The translations under genes and the position numbers were made by a program. A stretch of 64,000 nt of DNA, from contig CAWHTE010000004.1 in the NCBI GenBank assembly GCA_963832165.1, positions 288,001 through 352,000 on the forward strand, written 5' to 3'. Under the pieces are notes generated by a model that had not been told where the DNA came from, did not search any database, and was given only the letters and a program-made list of their open reading frames with translations. The number at the start of each line of letters is the position of its first letter. Positions within the stretch are counted from its first letter, which is position 1. Origin of the DNA: an uncultured delta proteobacterium (GTDB lineage Bacteria > Myxococcota_A > UBA9160 > SMWR01). Below are positions 48,110 through 58,235 of the stretch, in pieces.

Positions 48110-49010
48110 ACTCGGTTGGATCGGCCTGGGCGTGATGGGCGCGTCGATGTGCGCGCACCTGCGCCGCGCGGGCCACGAGATGACCGTGTACACGCGCACG
48201 CCCGCGCGCGCGGACGGCGTGATCGGCGAGGGTGCGGTGTGGGCCGACTCGCCGCGCGCGGTGGCGGAGGCCTCCGACGTCGTGTTCACGATGGTCGGCT
48301 TTCCGCGCGACGTGCGAGAGGTCGCGCTCGGGGAGCGCGGCGCGCTCGCGGGCCTGCGCGCGGGAGGGATCTTCGTCGACATGACCACGAGCGAGCCCGC
48401 GCTCGCGGTCGACCTCGCGGCGGCCGCGCGCGCGCGCGGCGCGCACTCGCTCGATGCGCCCGTGTCGGGCGGCGACGTGGGCGCGCGCGAGGCGCGCCTC
48501 TCGATCATGGTCGGTGGTGACGCCGCGGCGTTCGCGACGGTGCGCCCGCTGTTCGAGCTTCTCGGCAAGACGATCGTGCACCACGGCGCGCCCGGAACCG
48601 GGCAGCACGCGAAGCTCGTCAACCAGACGCTGATCGCGTCCAACATGATCGGCGTGTGCGAGGGGCTGCTCTACGCGCATCGCGCGGGGCTCGACCCCGA
48701 GCGCGTGCTCGCGTCGGTGTCGGGCGGCGCCGCGGGCAGCTGGTCGCTCGTGAACCTCGCGCCGCGCATGCTCGCGGGCGATTTCGCTCCGGGCTTCTAC
48801 GTGGAGCACTTCGTGAAGGACATGGAGATCGCGCTGCGCGAGGCCGAGCGCATGAAGCTCGATCTGCCGGGCCTCGCGCTCGCGAAGCGGCTCTACGAGT
48901 CGCTCGCGCAGCGGGGCCACGCGCGCTCGGGCACCCAGGCGCTGATCCTCGCGGTCGCGGAGATCTCGCAGACCGAATGGTCACGGCTGCGCGACAAGAA
49001 ACATCAATGA
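48105..49010 (+). CDS. NAD(P)-dependent beta-hydroxyacid dehydrogenase (3-hydroxyisobutyrate/tartronate semialdehyde reductase family)
   Basis: WIGLGVMG, DAPVSGGDVGA, GQHAKLVNQ, FVKDM; alternative in-frame GTG at 48060. Confidence 0.92.
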   Translation: MRLGWIGLGVMGASMCAHLRRAGHEMTVYTRTPARADGVIGEGAVWADSPRAVAEASDVVFTMVGFPRDVREVALGERGALAGLRAGGIFVDMTTSEPALAVDLAAAARARGAHSLDAPVSGGDVGAREARLSIMVGGDAAAFATVRPLFELLGKTIVHHGAPGTGQHAKLVNQTLIASNMIGVCEGLLYAHRAGLDPERVLASVSGGAAGSWSLVNLAPRMLAGDFAPGFYVEHFVKDMEIALREAERMKLDLPGLALAKRLYESLAQRGHARSGTQALILAVAEISQTEWSRLRDKKHQ

Positions 49011-49157
49011 ATAAAGCGGCTTAGTGCTGACTTCTGCATGTTTCTTGCGCATCTCGAGAAATCCACGCGCGCCTGTGGGAAAGATCTGATGATCCGTCAG
49101 AAGTGGCGTATCCTGGCGGCGCATCTGGGCTGAGCCGTTGCCAGGAGGTTGGATTCC

Positions 49158-50525
49158 GTGAAGATCGACGACCTGATCCTCGTGAGCGTCGACGACCACG
49201 TCGTCGAGCCGCCTGACATGTGGCGGGACCATCTCCCCGCGCGCTGGAAGGACCGCGCGCCCCGGCTCGTGCACAAGCCCGACGGGACCGACGTCTGGGT
49301 GTTCGAGGGCCAGCAGATCCCCAACATCGGGCTCAACGCGGTCGCGGGCCGCCCGCCCGAGGAATACGGCATGGAGCCCACCGCGCTCTCCCAGCTGCGC
49401 GAGGGCAACTTCGACATCCACCGCCGCGTCGACGACATGAACGCCGCGGGCATCCTGGGCTCGATGTGCTTCGCGTCGATGACGGGCTTCTGCGGCGAGC
49501 TGTTCGCGCGCCAGCCCGACAAAGAGCTCGCGCGCGTGATGATCCAGGCCTACAACGACTGGCACATCGAGAACTGGTGCGGTTCCTACCCGGGCCGCTT
49601 CATCCCGCTCGCGCTGCCGATGCTCTGGGATCCGAAGCTGATGGCCGACGAGATCCGGCGCGTCGCGCGCAAGGGCTGTCACGCGATCTGTTTCGCCGAC
49701 AACCCGACCGGTCTCGGCTTTCCGAGCCTGCACAACGAGTTCTGGGAGCCGGTCTGGCAGGCCGCGTGCGAAGAGGGCACGGTGATCGCGATCCACATCG
49801 GGTCGGGCACCGGCATGAAGCTCCAGGACGTGCAGGCGCCCGTCGAGATCATGATCACGTCGTCGCCGATCAGCCTGTTCGGCTGCGCCGCGGAGCTCGT
49901 GTTCTCGAAGTTCCTGCGCGAGTACCCCGGGCTCAAGATCGCGCTCTCCGAGGGCGGGATCGGCTGGGTGCCTTACTTCCTCGAGCGCGCCGACTACGTC
50001 TACAAGCACCACCACCACTGGACGCACCAGGATTTCGGGGGTCAGCTGCCGAGCGATGTGTTCCGCGAGCACATCATCACGTGCTTCATCGACGATCCGA
50101 TCGGCGTGAAGAACCGCGCCGCGGTCGGGATCGACACGATCACCTGGGAGAGCGACTACCCGCACTCCGACACGACCTGGCCGCACGCGCCCGAGGCGCT
50201 CGCGAAGTCGCTCGAGGGCGTGCCGGATGAGGACGTACGCAAGATCACGCACGAGAACGCGATGCGTCACTTCCGCTACGACCCGTTCGCGCACATCCCC
50301 AAGGAGAAGTGCACGGTGGGCGCGCTGCGCGCACAGGCGAAGCACGTCGACCTGTCGCTCAAGTCGACGGGCGGCGCGCCGCCCGCGCCCGAAGACGCGC
50401 CGTTCGTGACGATCGGGCACATCATGAAGCAGCTCGCGCAGGCATTCGCGACGCCGTTCGAGGGCAGCGGGCCGAAACAGCAGATCGATCCGGCGGAGCT
50501 CAAGAAGCGCTGGGACCGGAGTTAG
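49158..50525 (+). CDS. Amidohydrolase family 2 protein
   Basis: SVDDHVVEPP, AYNDW, IHIGS, SEGGIGW, WESDYPHSD; AGGAGG RBS. Confidence 0.9.
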   Translation: MKIDDLILVSVDDHVVEPPDMWRDHLPARWKDRAPRLVHKPDGTDVWVFEGQQIPNIGLNAVAGRPPEEYGMEPTALSQLREGNFDIHRRVDDMNAAGILGSMCFASMTGFCGELFARQPDKELARVMIQAYNDWHIENWCGSYPGRFIPLALPMLWDPKLMADEIRRVARKGCHAICFADNPTGLGFPSLHNEFWEPVWQAACEEGTVIAIHIGSGTGMKLQDVQAPVEIMITSSPISLFGCAAELVFSKFLREYPGLKIALSEGGIGWVPYFLERADYVYKHHHHWTHQDFGGQLPSDVFREHIITCFIDDPIGVKNRAAVGIDTITWESDYPHSDTTWPHAPEALAKSLEGVPDEDVRKITHENAMRHFRYDPFAHIPKEKCTVGALRAQAKHVDLSLKSTGGAPPAPEDAPFVTIGHIMKQLAQAFATPFEGSGPKQQIDPAELKKRWDRS

Positions 50526-50540
50526 TTCACGCGTTTGGGG

Positions 50541-50994
50541 CCGGTGTCCGTTGCCTGGGCCGGGCGTTGATTCGCCGCGTCGGCTCGGTATCCGCCGTGT
50601 CCATTGCATGGGGCCGGGCGTTGATTCGCCGCGTCGGCGTTGTGGCTCCGTCGGCGTGCACGACGGTGCACCGGAGCACAACGGTTGCCGGCTCGGAGAC
50701 GCATATCCTCCAGGATCACCAACGCCTCCGGCGGCGAATTCAAGCGCCCGGCCTAGCGCATCGCGAGGTTCACGCCTCCGAGGCGTACGAGTTCGAGTGC
50801 CGGGGTGGTTGGCTTGCTGCGGCGAAGTAAAGCGGAGCCGGCCACGGGCCGTCGCAGGGCTCGTGGCAACTTGGTTGGACCGGCAACCTGAAAGCCTGAA
50901 GCCATCGCTGGCTTCGGACTCTTCGGGCGAGAGAGAACGTCACCCCCAGGCCGGCGAGCCATGAGCCGCAGCAAGCCAACCACTCCGGCCGCAC
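50541..50994. repeat. Structured intergenic element 3
   Basis: Tandem ~41-bp repeat (50544, 50597) complementary to 50731-50753; 50799-50823 complementary to 50965-50989. Confidence 0.8.
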
Positions 50995-51016
50995 ACCCCC
51001 TGTCCGCACGAAACGA

Positions 51017-51439
51017 TCAATGCGGCTCGAGCACCACGACGGGAATCTCGCGGTCGGTGCGGCCCTCGTACGCGCGGTAGTCGGGGTTCAGCGCAACGAT
51101 GCGTTGCCACAGCTGCGCGCGCTCGTCGCCGTGAGCCTCGTGCGACGCAACTGCGATCTGGCGCGCGCCCACCTGGACCGTGGCGCGCGGCTGCGCGCGC
51201 AGGTTGTGCACCCAGGCCGGATGGCGCGGCTCGCCCAGGAACGATCCGATCACCACGTACGCGCCCTCGGCGTCGAGATAGGTGAGGGCGGTGGTGCGCG
51301 ATACGCCGCTCTTCGCGCCCGTCGTCGTGAGCAGCAGCACGGGCATCCCGACCAGCTTGCCGAGCAGCCGCCCGCCGCTGATCCGGTACAGGAACGGGTG
51401 CAGCTTCCAGAACAGCTCGACGATCGGCGTCCTACGCAC
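51017..51439 (-). CDS. Deazaflavin (F420)-dependent nitroreductase family (Ddn-like)
   Basis: LLLTTTGAKSG, HPAWVHNLRAQP, YEGRTDREIPVVVL. Confidence 0.9.
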   Translation of the reverse strand: MRRTPIVELFWKLHPFLYRISGGRLLGKLVGMPVLLLTTTGAKSGVSRTTALTYLDAEGAYVVIGSFLGEPRHPAWVHNLRAQPRATVQVGARQIAVASHEAHGDERAQLWQRIVALNPDYRAYEGRTDREIPVVVLEPH

Positions 51440-52172
51440 GATCGCGCTCGGGCGGGGTCTCGGCCAGCAGAGCCTCGGGTCGATCCGTGTAATCGCGCTT
51501 GGAGCCGCGCTGGCGCTCGGCGCGCTGGGCAGTCCCGTCGGTGTACGTGAAGCACTGGCCCGCGATCGGGGTCACGTCGCCCGGGCGCTCATACCCGTCG
51601 AGATCGTAGAAGCGCACGGGCGCGATATAGGCCGCGCGGCGCAGCACGATCGCGGCCTCGGCCAGATCGGGATCGAGCTCGGCCTCCGCCCACGCCTGGA
51701 ACTCACCCTTGAGCGACCGGCCATCGAACGGCGCCGCGCCGTGAATCGTCATGCCGTCGAGGCGCCAGACCAGGAGCGGCTCGCCGTCGCGCTCGAGCGT
51801 GGCCGTGGCGGTCTCGCCGGGCGGTCCCCAGACCGCGCATCGGTACTCGCGACTCGCGCGCCCCGCGGCCGCGTGCGCCACGGCCAGCCCGGCGAGGTCG
51901 AACCAGTGCGTGCAGTGCAGGCGCGCGTTCGACACCTCGCCCACGGCGGTGCAGCGCCGCGACAGCCGCATGCCCTCGAGCTCGCGCAGCGGCTCGCGCG
52001 CCTCGGCGCAGGTCGACCAGGGATGCCGCACCGCCTCGCCGTCGATCGCGATCACGCGCGAGCCGTCGTGGCGAAGCCGGACGCGGAAGTGCTGTGCGTC
52101 GTCGGCGAGCTCGCCCGCCACCTGGCGCCCGTGGGCGTCGAGTCGGACGTGGCGGCGATACACGAGTTCCAT
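51432..52172 (-). CDS. DUF2889-like protein
   Basis: LADDAQHF, RHPWSTC, HCTHWFDLA, C-terminal CFTY. Confidence 0.6.
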   Translation of the reverse strand: MELVYRRHVRLDAHGRQVAGELADDAQHFRVRLRHDGSRVIAIDGEAVRHPWSTCAEAREPLRELEGMRLSRRCTAVGEVSNARLHCTHWFDLAGLAVAHAAAGRASREYRCAVWGPPGETATATLERDGEPLLVWRLDGMTIHGAAPFDGRSLKGEFQAWAEAELDPDLAEAAIVLRRAAYIAPVRFYDLDGYERPGDVTPIAGQCFTYTDGTAQRAERQRGSKRDYTDRPEALLAETPPERDRA

Positions 52173-52185
52173 CTTGTCCGATCTG

Positions 52186-52209
52186 CGCTCGGCTTCGCCT
52201 CGTGGCGCG
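52186..52209 (-). repeat. Junction repeat, degenerate copy E
   Basis: CGCTCGGCTTCGCCTCGTGGCGCG vs copy A CGCTCGCCTTCGGCTCGCTGCGCG; compensatory swap in mini-hairpin. Confidence 0.45.
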
Positions 52210-52260
52210 CACCCTTCAGGTGCTTGCGGCGACGGCGCGGTTCTCCACGAACCGCGCGAG

Positions 52261-52266
52261 TATAAT
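52261..52266 (+). promoter_or_regulatory. Candidate sigma70 -10 box
   Basis: Perfect TATAAT in GC-rich DNA, 9 nt before ATG 52276. Confidence 0.55.
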
Positions 52267-52275
52267 GCTCTCCGC

Positions 52276-53361
52276 ATGCCGCACCCCGAGAAGCGCGACC
52301 TCGAGCTCGCACGCACCCGTCTCGAGGCATTCCTCGCGCGCGGGCGCCCCGGCGCCGAGGGGCTTTCGATCGCGAACCTGCGCTCGCCGTCGACCACGGG
52401 GTTCTCGAGCGAGACGCTGCTCTTCGAAGTGAGCTGGCGCGAGAGCGGACAGGCGCGAAACGAGAGGCTCGTGGCGCGCATCGAGCCGCGCGGCTTCAAC
52501 GTATTCCCGAGCTACGACCTCACCGTGCAGTTTCGCGTGCTCGAGGCGCTCGCGCAGACGAGTGTGCCGGTCCCCGCGGTGGGCGAGCACGACTGGAGCG
52601 ACGCGACGCTGGGCGCCCCGTTCTACACGATGGAGTTCCTCGACGGCTGGGTGCCGTCCGACAACCCGCCGATGCACGCGGCTGGACGCATTGCCGAGGA
52701 GCTCACGCCCGCGGAGCGCGAGCAGGTGTGGTGGAGCGGCGTCGAGGCGATGTGCCGCGTGCACGATCTCGATCCCGAGAAGCTCGGGCTCGGCTTCCTC
52801 GACGAGCCGCAGCGCGGTGCCGACGCGCTCGCGCAACAGCTCCAATACTGGGACGAATATCTCGGCTGGGGGCTCATCGAGCGCGCGCGCTATCCGCTTC
52901 TCGAACGAGCCCTCGGCTGGCTTCGGGACCGCGCGCCCGCGAACCAGCCCGTGGCGCTGTGCTGGGGCGATTCACGGCTCGCCAACCAGATCTTCAGCGG
53001 CGTCGAGTGCATCGGCGTGCTCGATTGGGAGATGGTGCGGCTCGGCAATCCGCTCCAGGACGCCGCGTGGTGGGTGGCGCTCGACCGCTGCTTCTGGGAG
53101 GGCATTGGTCTCTCGCGTCTCGCTGGGCTGCCGGGCCGCGACGAGACGCTCGCGCACTGGCGCGACCGCACGGGCCGCAGCCTCGACGACATCGACTACT
53201 ACGAGGTGCTCGCGCTCATGAAGTTCGCCGCGATCATCGCGCGCCTCGGCCGCCAGATGAAGCACTACGAGATCCTGCCTGCGGATCACGAGATGGACGT
53301 GACCAACATGGCCTCGCTCACTCTTGCGCGGAAGCTCGATGAGCTGGGAGTTCCGACATGA
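52276..53361 (+). CDS. Phosphotransferase (APH/ACAD10-like kinase) family protein
   Basis: GFSSET, GAPFYTM, CWGDSRLAN, VLDWEM. Confidence 0.88.
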   Translation: MPHPEKRDLELARTRLEAFLARGRPGAEGLSIANLRSPSTTGFSSETLLFEVSWRESGQARNERLVARIEPRGFNVFPSYDLTVQFRVLEALAQTSVPVPAVGEHDWSDATLGAPFYTMEFLDGWVPSDNPPMHAAGRIAEELTPAEREQVWWSGVEAMCRVHDLDPEKLGLGFLDEPQRGADALAQQLQYWDEYLGWGLIERARYPLLERALGWLRDRAPANQPVALCWGDSRLANQIFSGVECIGVLDWEMVRLGNPLQDAAWWVALDRCFWEGIGLSRLAGLPGRDETLAHWRDRTGRSLDDIDYYEVLALMKFAAIIARLGRQMKHYEILPADHEMDVTNMASLTLARKLDELGVPT

Positions 53362-54440
53362 ACGACGCCCGCATCTACTCGTGCGACGACCACCTCGACA
53401 TCTTCAGCGTGCCCCCGGATCTCTGGACCCGACGATTGCCCGAGAAGTATCGCGAGCGCGGCCCGCGCGTCGTCGAGCGCAACGGCATGCCGCTGTGGAT
53501 GGTCGGCGATCAGGCGTTCGGGATGAGCGGCAGCATGGAAGGGGTTCCCACGGCGCTCGATCGCGTGCCGGGGCTCGAGGGCGGTGGATTCCGCCCGAGC
53601 AACCCCAAGCTCCGCATGGAGGACATGGAGCGCGACGGGATCTGGTCGTCGATCGTGTACGGCCCCGCTGCGCTGTTCCGCTTCCCGATCGACGAGCGGG
53701 AGCACCTGATCTCGGTGCTGCGCGCCTGGAACGACTGGGCGGCCGAAGAGTTCAACAGCCATTCGCCCGACCGCCTGTCCGCGCTGCCGTTCCTGCCCGC
53801 GACCTCGCCCGAGGACGCGGTCGCGGAGCTCGCGCGCTGCGCCGCGATCGGCCACCGCGGCGCGATCCTGTCGCCGTTCGAAGCCGACGTGCGCGATCCG
53901 ATCTGGGATCGGCTCTGGGCCGCGGCGCAGGAGGCGCAGATCCCGATCTCGTTCCACATCGGCGGCGGCTCGAAGTTCGATCCGCGCAAGCGCGGCTGGC
54001 AGATCGCGGCCTTCGCGGCCGTGGCGCCGATGCAGATGGACGAGCCGCTCGCGGCAATGGTGTACTCGGGCGCACTCGAGCGGCACCCCGGGCTGCAGCT
54101 CGTGCTCGCGGAATCGGGCATCGGCTGGGTGCCGTACTTCGTCGCGCGCATGGACGCGACGTTCGAGAAGCACTGCAAGCACGAGGGTGCGATCCGCACG
54201 CGCCCGAGCGAGCTGTTCGCACGCCAGGTGTATGCGACGTTCGAGGAGGAGCCGTTCGGCCCCGAGCTGATCCCGCTGCTGGGTCCGGGCAACTTCATGT
54301 GGGCCTGCGACTATCCGCATCCCGACAGCACCTGGCCGCACTCGCGCGAGGCGATCGACCACGCGCTCGGCAAGCTCTCGCCCGAGGCCGTGCGCCTCGT
54401 GACGGGCGAGAACTGCCGGCGCCTCTACCGGCTGCCCTGA
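53358..54440 (+). CDS. Amidohydrolase family 2 protein
   Basis: SCDDHL, AWNDW, FHIG, AESGIGW, WACDYPHPD. Confidence 0.9.
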   Translation: MNDARIYSCDDHLDIFSVPPDLWTRRLPEKYRERGPRVVERNGMPLWMVGDQAFGMSGSMEGVPTALDRVPGLEGGGFRPSNPKLRMEDMERDGIWSSIVYGPAALFRFPIDEREHLISVLRAWNDWAAEEFNSHSPDRLSALPFLPATSPEDAVAELARCAAIGHRGAILSPFEADVRDPIWDRLWAAAQEAQIPISFHIGGGSKFDPRKRGWQIAAFAAVAPMQMDEPLAAMVYSGALERHPGLQLVLAESGIGWVPYFVARMDATFEKHCKHEGAIRTRPSELFARQVYATFEEEPFGPELIPLLGPGNFMWACDYPHPDSTWPHSREAIDHALGKLSPEAVRLVTGENCRRLYRLP

Positions 54441-54454
54441 GGAGATCAGAGATC

Positions 54455-55318
54455 ATGCGATTCACGTTTGCCGAGTCGATGTGCGACCCCCACCAGCTGA
54501 TCCCGCTCGCGCAGGCGGCAGAGGACGCCGGCTACACGTCGTTCACGGTGCCCGACAGCATCTGCTTCCCGCAGTACTCGGACACCCTGTACCCGTACAA
54601 CCAGGACGGCAACCGCGAGTTCCTCGAAGGCAAGCCGTTCATCGATCCGTTCGCGTTGATGGCGGCGCTCGGCGCGTCGACGACGAAGCTGCGGTTCACG
54701 ACGTTCGTGATCAAGCTGCCGATCCGCCACCCGGTGCTCGTCGCGAAGCAGGCCACGTCGGTCGCCTATCTCACGCGCAACCGCATCTCGCTGGGCGTCG
54801 GGCTGTCGCCGTGGCCCGAGGACTATCTGATCACGAATACCGAGTGGAAGGATCGCGGCGCGCGGCTCGACGAGATGATCGAGATCCTGTACGGCCTCTC
54901 TACGGGCGAGTTCTTCGAGTACCACGGCCGCTTCTACGACATTCCCGCACTCAAGCTGTGTCCGGTGCCCGATTCGATGCCGATCCTGCTCGGCGGACAC
55001 GCCGACGCGGCTCTGCGCCGCGCCGCGCGTCTGTGCGACGGCTGGATGCACGGCGGCGGCAAGGACGACCTCGACGCGCTGCTCGTCAAGCTCGCGCAGC
55101 ACCGCAAGAACGAGGGCACCAAGAAGAACTTCGAGATCCACGTGATCTCGATGGACGCGTACACCGTCGATGGTGTCCGCCGGCTCGAGGACAAGGGCGT
55201 GACCGACGCGATCGTCGGCTTCCGCAACGCCTACCAGACCGACACCACCACGCTGCAGCAGAAGCTCGACGCGCTGCGCGGTTACGCGGATCGCGTGATT
55301 TCGAAGATGGGCGGCTGA
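54455..55318 (+). CDS. LLM-class oxidoreductase, probable F420-dependent
   Basis: [52 protein letters not shown]. Confidence 0.85.
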   Translation: MRFTFAESMCDPHQLIPLAQAAEDAGYTSFTVPDSICFPQYSDTLYPYNQDGNREFLEGKPFIDPFALMAALGASTTKLRFTTFVIKLPIRHPVLVAKQATSVAYLTRNRISLGVGLSPWPEDYLITNTEWKDRGARLDEMIEILYGLSTGEFFEYHGRFYDIPALKLCPVPDSMPILLGGHADAALRRAARLCDGWMHGGGKDDLDALLVKLAQHRKNEGTKKNFEIHVISMDAYTVDGVRRLEDKGVTDAIVGFRNAYQTDTTTLQQKLDALRGYADRVISKMGG

Positions 55319-55355
55319 TTCCGGTCGGTCCATTCGGCGTGGCCGGGTTCCGCGG

Positions 55356-56008
55356 TCACAGCGGGCCTGGGGCGTGCCCGAGCGCGCGCGCCAGTACTCG
55401 ATCACGGCCGGCATCACCGAGAGGACGATGATGGCCAGGATCACGAGCGTGAAGTTGTTCTTCACGATGGGGATGTTGCCGAAGAAGTACCCCGCGTAGA
55501 TGAACGCGACGATCCAGACGATTCCGCCGATCACGTTGTAGGCCAGGAAGCGCGCGTAGGTCATGCGTCCGATGCCCGCCACGAACGGCGCGAACGTGCG
55601 AATGATCGGGATGAAGCGCGCGATGATGATCGTCTTGCCGCCGTACTTCTCGTAGAAACGGTGCGTGCGCTCGAGGTGCTCCTTGTTGAGCAGCCGCGAG
55701 TTCTCGCGGTGGAACACGACGGGTCCGATCCAGTAGCCCGCGGCATAGTTGACCGTGTCGCCGAGGATCGCCGCGATCGCGAGCAGCGCAGAGGCCGCGA
55801 GCGGGTCGAGCGCGCCGGTGGCGGCGACCGCGCCGACCGCGAACAGGAGCGAGTCGCCGGGCAGGAACGGCGTCACGACCAGGCCGGTCTCGCAGAAGAT
55901 GATCGTGAACAGGATCCCATAGGTCCACGCGCCGTAGTCGTGCACGAGCGCCACGAGGTGCACGTCGAGGTGGAGCACGAAGTCGATGAACTGCTGGATC
56001 CACTCCAC
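55356..56008 (-). CDS. dedA: DedA family membrane protein (3' end uncertain)
   Basis: [49 protein letters not shown]; no in-frame stop until 54446, nearest TGA (55356) is in another frame. Confidence 0.85.
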
Positions 56009-56013
56009 CGCGA

Positions 56014-57000
56014 TCAGCTCCGCGCACGCAGGACCGGCAGCACCTTGGTCTCGAACAGCCGCAGCGATGCCCACGAGAGCTCCGGGTCCATGCCGCCCAT
56101 GAGCGGGTGGAACAGGATCGTGTCGAGCGGTGCCATGCCGCGCGCGACCTCGATCAGTTCCTCGGGCGTCATCAGCACGTAGTTGCCCGCAGCGCGCAGC
56201 GCGTCGGCGCTGTCGACCGGCTGATAGGGGCCCGTGGCACCGGCCTCGGCCATCCACTGCCCGTACGCGTTCATCTCGTGCATCGCGTAGGGTGCGATCC
56301 GCTCCCACGCGGCATCGGGGTCCTCCGCGAGGTAGAGGAAGTTGCCGGTCGTGCGCGGAAGCGGGCCCGGATCGGGCTTGCCGAGCTTCGCGCGCTCGTC
56401 GCGGTAGATCGAGTAGAACTGCGGCACCGTCGGAATGAAGTGATCTGCGTGGCGTGCCGCGCGGCGCGCCGCCGCCTCGGAGGCGCCGCCCATGAAGATC
56501 GGGGGGCGCGGCCGCTGCACCGGGCGCGGCGTCACGCGCACGGTGGTGCCGTTGTGCTCGAAGGGCTCGCCCGTCCACGCGCGCGTGAGCCACGGGACGA
56601 TCTCCTCCATCACGCGCGCGCGGTCGGACAGGCGTTTGCCGAACGCGCGGAACTCGGACTCGACGTAGCCGCCCGAGACCACTGGGATCACGCGTCCGCC
56701 GCTCACCACGTCGAGCACGGCGATGTCCTCGGCGAGCCGGACCGGGTCGTGGAGCGGCGCGATCAGCGCCGCGATCACGAGCCGCAGGCTGCGCGTGCGC
56801 GCGGCGATCGCGGCGCCGAACACGAGCGGGGAGGGGAGGTAGCCGTCGGGGGAGCCGTGGTGTTCCGAGAGCGTCACGGTCGCGAATCCGAGCCGGTCGG
56901 CCCACTCGCATTGGTCGAGCGCGACCGCCACGAGGTCGGCCGAGGTCGTGGTGTCGAAGGGCGCGCAGCGCAGGTCGTAGCGCAGGGAGAAGATCGGCAT
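56014..57000 (-). CDS. LLM-class flavin-dependent oxidoreductase
   Basis: [39 protein letters not shown]. Confidence 0.9.
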   Translation of the reverse strand: MPIFSLRYDLRCAPFDTTTSADLVAVALDQCEWADRLGFATVTLSEHHGSPDGYLPSPLVFGAAIAARTRSLRLVIAALIAPLHDPVRLAEDIAVLDVVSGGRVIPVVSGGYVESEFRAFGKRLSDRARVMEEIVPWLTRAWTGEPFEHNGTTVRVTPRPVQRPRPPIFMGGASEAAARRAARHADHFIPTVPQFYSIYRDERAKLGKPDPGPLPRTTGNFLYLAEDPDAAWERIAPYAMHEMNAYGQWMAEAGATGPYQPVDSADALRAAGNYVLMTPEELIEVARGMAPLDTILFHPLMGGMDPELSWASLRLFETKVLPVLRARS

Positions 57001-57136
57001 GCGGAGACTCCCGGTGGGCGGCGAGGGCCCGCGAACATAGAGGACTCTGAGTCACCGGCGCACCGCCGCGGCGACCGGAGGGGCCCCCCTCGCGCACGGT
57101 GATCGGAGTATCATGGCCGGGCCACGGAGGCGTTCG

Positions 57137-58234
57137 ATGAACTTCGATTTCTCGGAAGACCAGAAGCTGCTCCAGAAGACCGCGCGCGATTATCTCGCCG
57201 AGCACTGCGGACTCGACGTGTGTCGCAGCGTGCTCGAGAGCGGCGGCACCCACAGCGACGCGCTCTGGAAGGGCGTCGCCGAGATGGGATGGCTAGGCGC
57301 TGCAGTGCCGGAGGAGTACGGGGGCGCCGGCTTCGGGCGGCTCGAGCTCGCGCTGATCGCGCAGGAGCTCGGCCGCGCGCTCGCGCCGATCCCGTTCGGA
57401 CCCACGGCGTACCTCGTGAACGAGGCGCTGCTCGAATTCGGCAGCGAAGAGCAGAAGCGCAAGTACCTGCCGCGGCTGACCTCGGGCGAGCTGATCGGCA
57501 CGTTCGCGCACAGCGAGCGGCCCGGGCGCAGCGCGGTGGGCGATGTCTCGACCCGGCTGTCGGGCGGCGCGCTCACGGGCGTGAAGTTTCCGGTTCTCGA
57601 CGGCGCGATCGCGGGGCTCGCGCTCGTGGTGGCGAAGGGCGATCGAGGTCCTGTGCTCGCGCTCGCCGAGCTCGATCAATCGGGCGTCGAGGTGACGCCG
57701 GTCGGCTCGATCGATCCGTCGCGCACCGCGAGCCGGATCTCGTTCGACGGCGCGCGCGCCGAGGCGCTCGCGAACGGCGCGGGCGAGGACGCGATCCTGC
57801 ATCTACTCGATCGCGCGGCCGTGCTCACGGCGTTCGAGCAGATCGGCGGTGCGGAGCGCGCGCTCGAGGTGACCAAGGAGTTCACGCTGCACCGCTATGC
57901 GTTCGGCCGGCCCGTCGCGTCGTTCCAGGCGATCAAGCACCGGCTCGCCGACGTGTACGCGGCGATCCAGCTCGCCACGTCGAACGCCTACTACGGCGCC
58001 TGGGCGCTCTCGACCGGTGCGAGCGAGCTCGCGGTCGCCGCGTGCGGCGCGCGGATCTCGGCCAGCGAGGCGTTCGACCTCGCGGGCAAGGAGATCATCC
58101 AGATGCACGGCGGCGTCGGCTTCACGTGGGAGTACGACTGCCACCTCTTCTATCGCCGCGCGAAGCTGCTCTCGCTCGCGATCGGCACACCCGGCGAATG
58201 GCGCGACCGCCTGATCGACCGGCTGGAGGCCTGA
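57137..58234 (+). CDS. Acyl-CoA dehydrogenase, short subunit of a tandem pair
   Basis: [45 protein letters not shown]. Confidence 0.9.
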   Translation: MNFDFSEDQKLLQKTARDYLAEHCGLDVCRSVLESGGTHSDALWKGVAEMGWLGAAVPEEYGGAGFGRLELALIAQELGRALAPIPFGPTAYLVNEALLEFGSEEQKRKYLPRLTSGELIGTFAHSERPGRSAVGDVSTRLSGGALTGVKFPVLDGAIAGLALVVAKGDRGPVLALAELDQSGVEVTPVGSIDPSRTASRISFDGARAEALANGAGEDAILHLLDRAAVLTAFEQIGGAERALEVTKEFTLHRYAFGRPVASFQAIKHRLADVYAAIQLATSNAYYGAWALSTGASELAVAACGARISASEAFDLAGKEIIQMHGGVGFTWEYDCHLFYRRAKLLSLAIGTPGEWRDRLIDRLEA

Positions 58235-58235
58235 G

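Noticed and set aside
50007..50018. HHHH run in the amidohydrolase as a metal-binding tag
   Set aside because: Short run within the catalytic domain; no supporting evidence of a separate function
50544..50638. Tandem ~41-bp repeat as a CRISPR array
   Set aside because: Only two units with a ~12-nt spacer, no cas genes, and it is part of the structured element family
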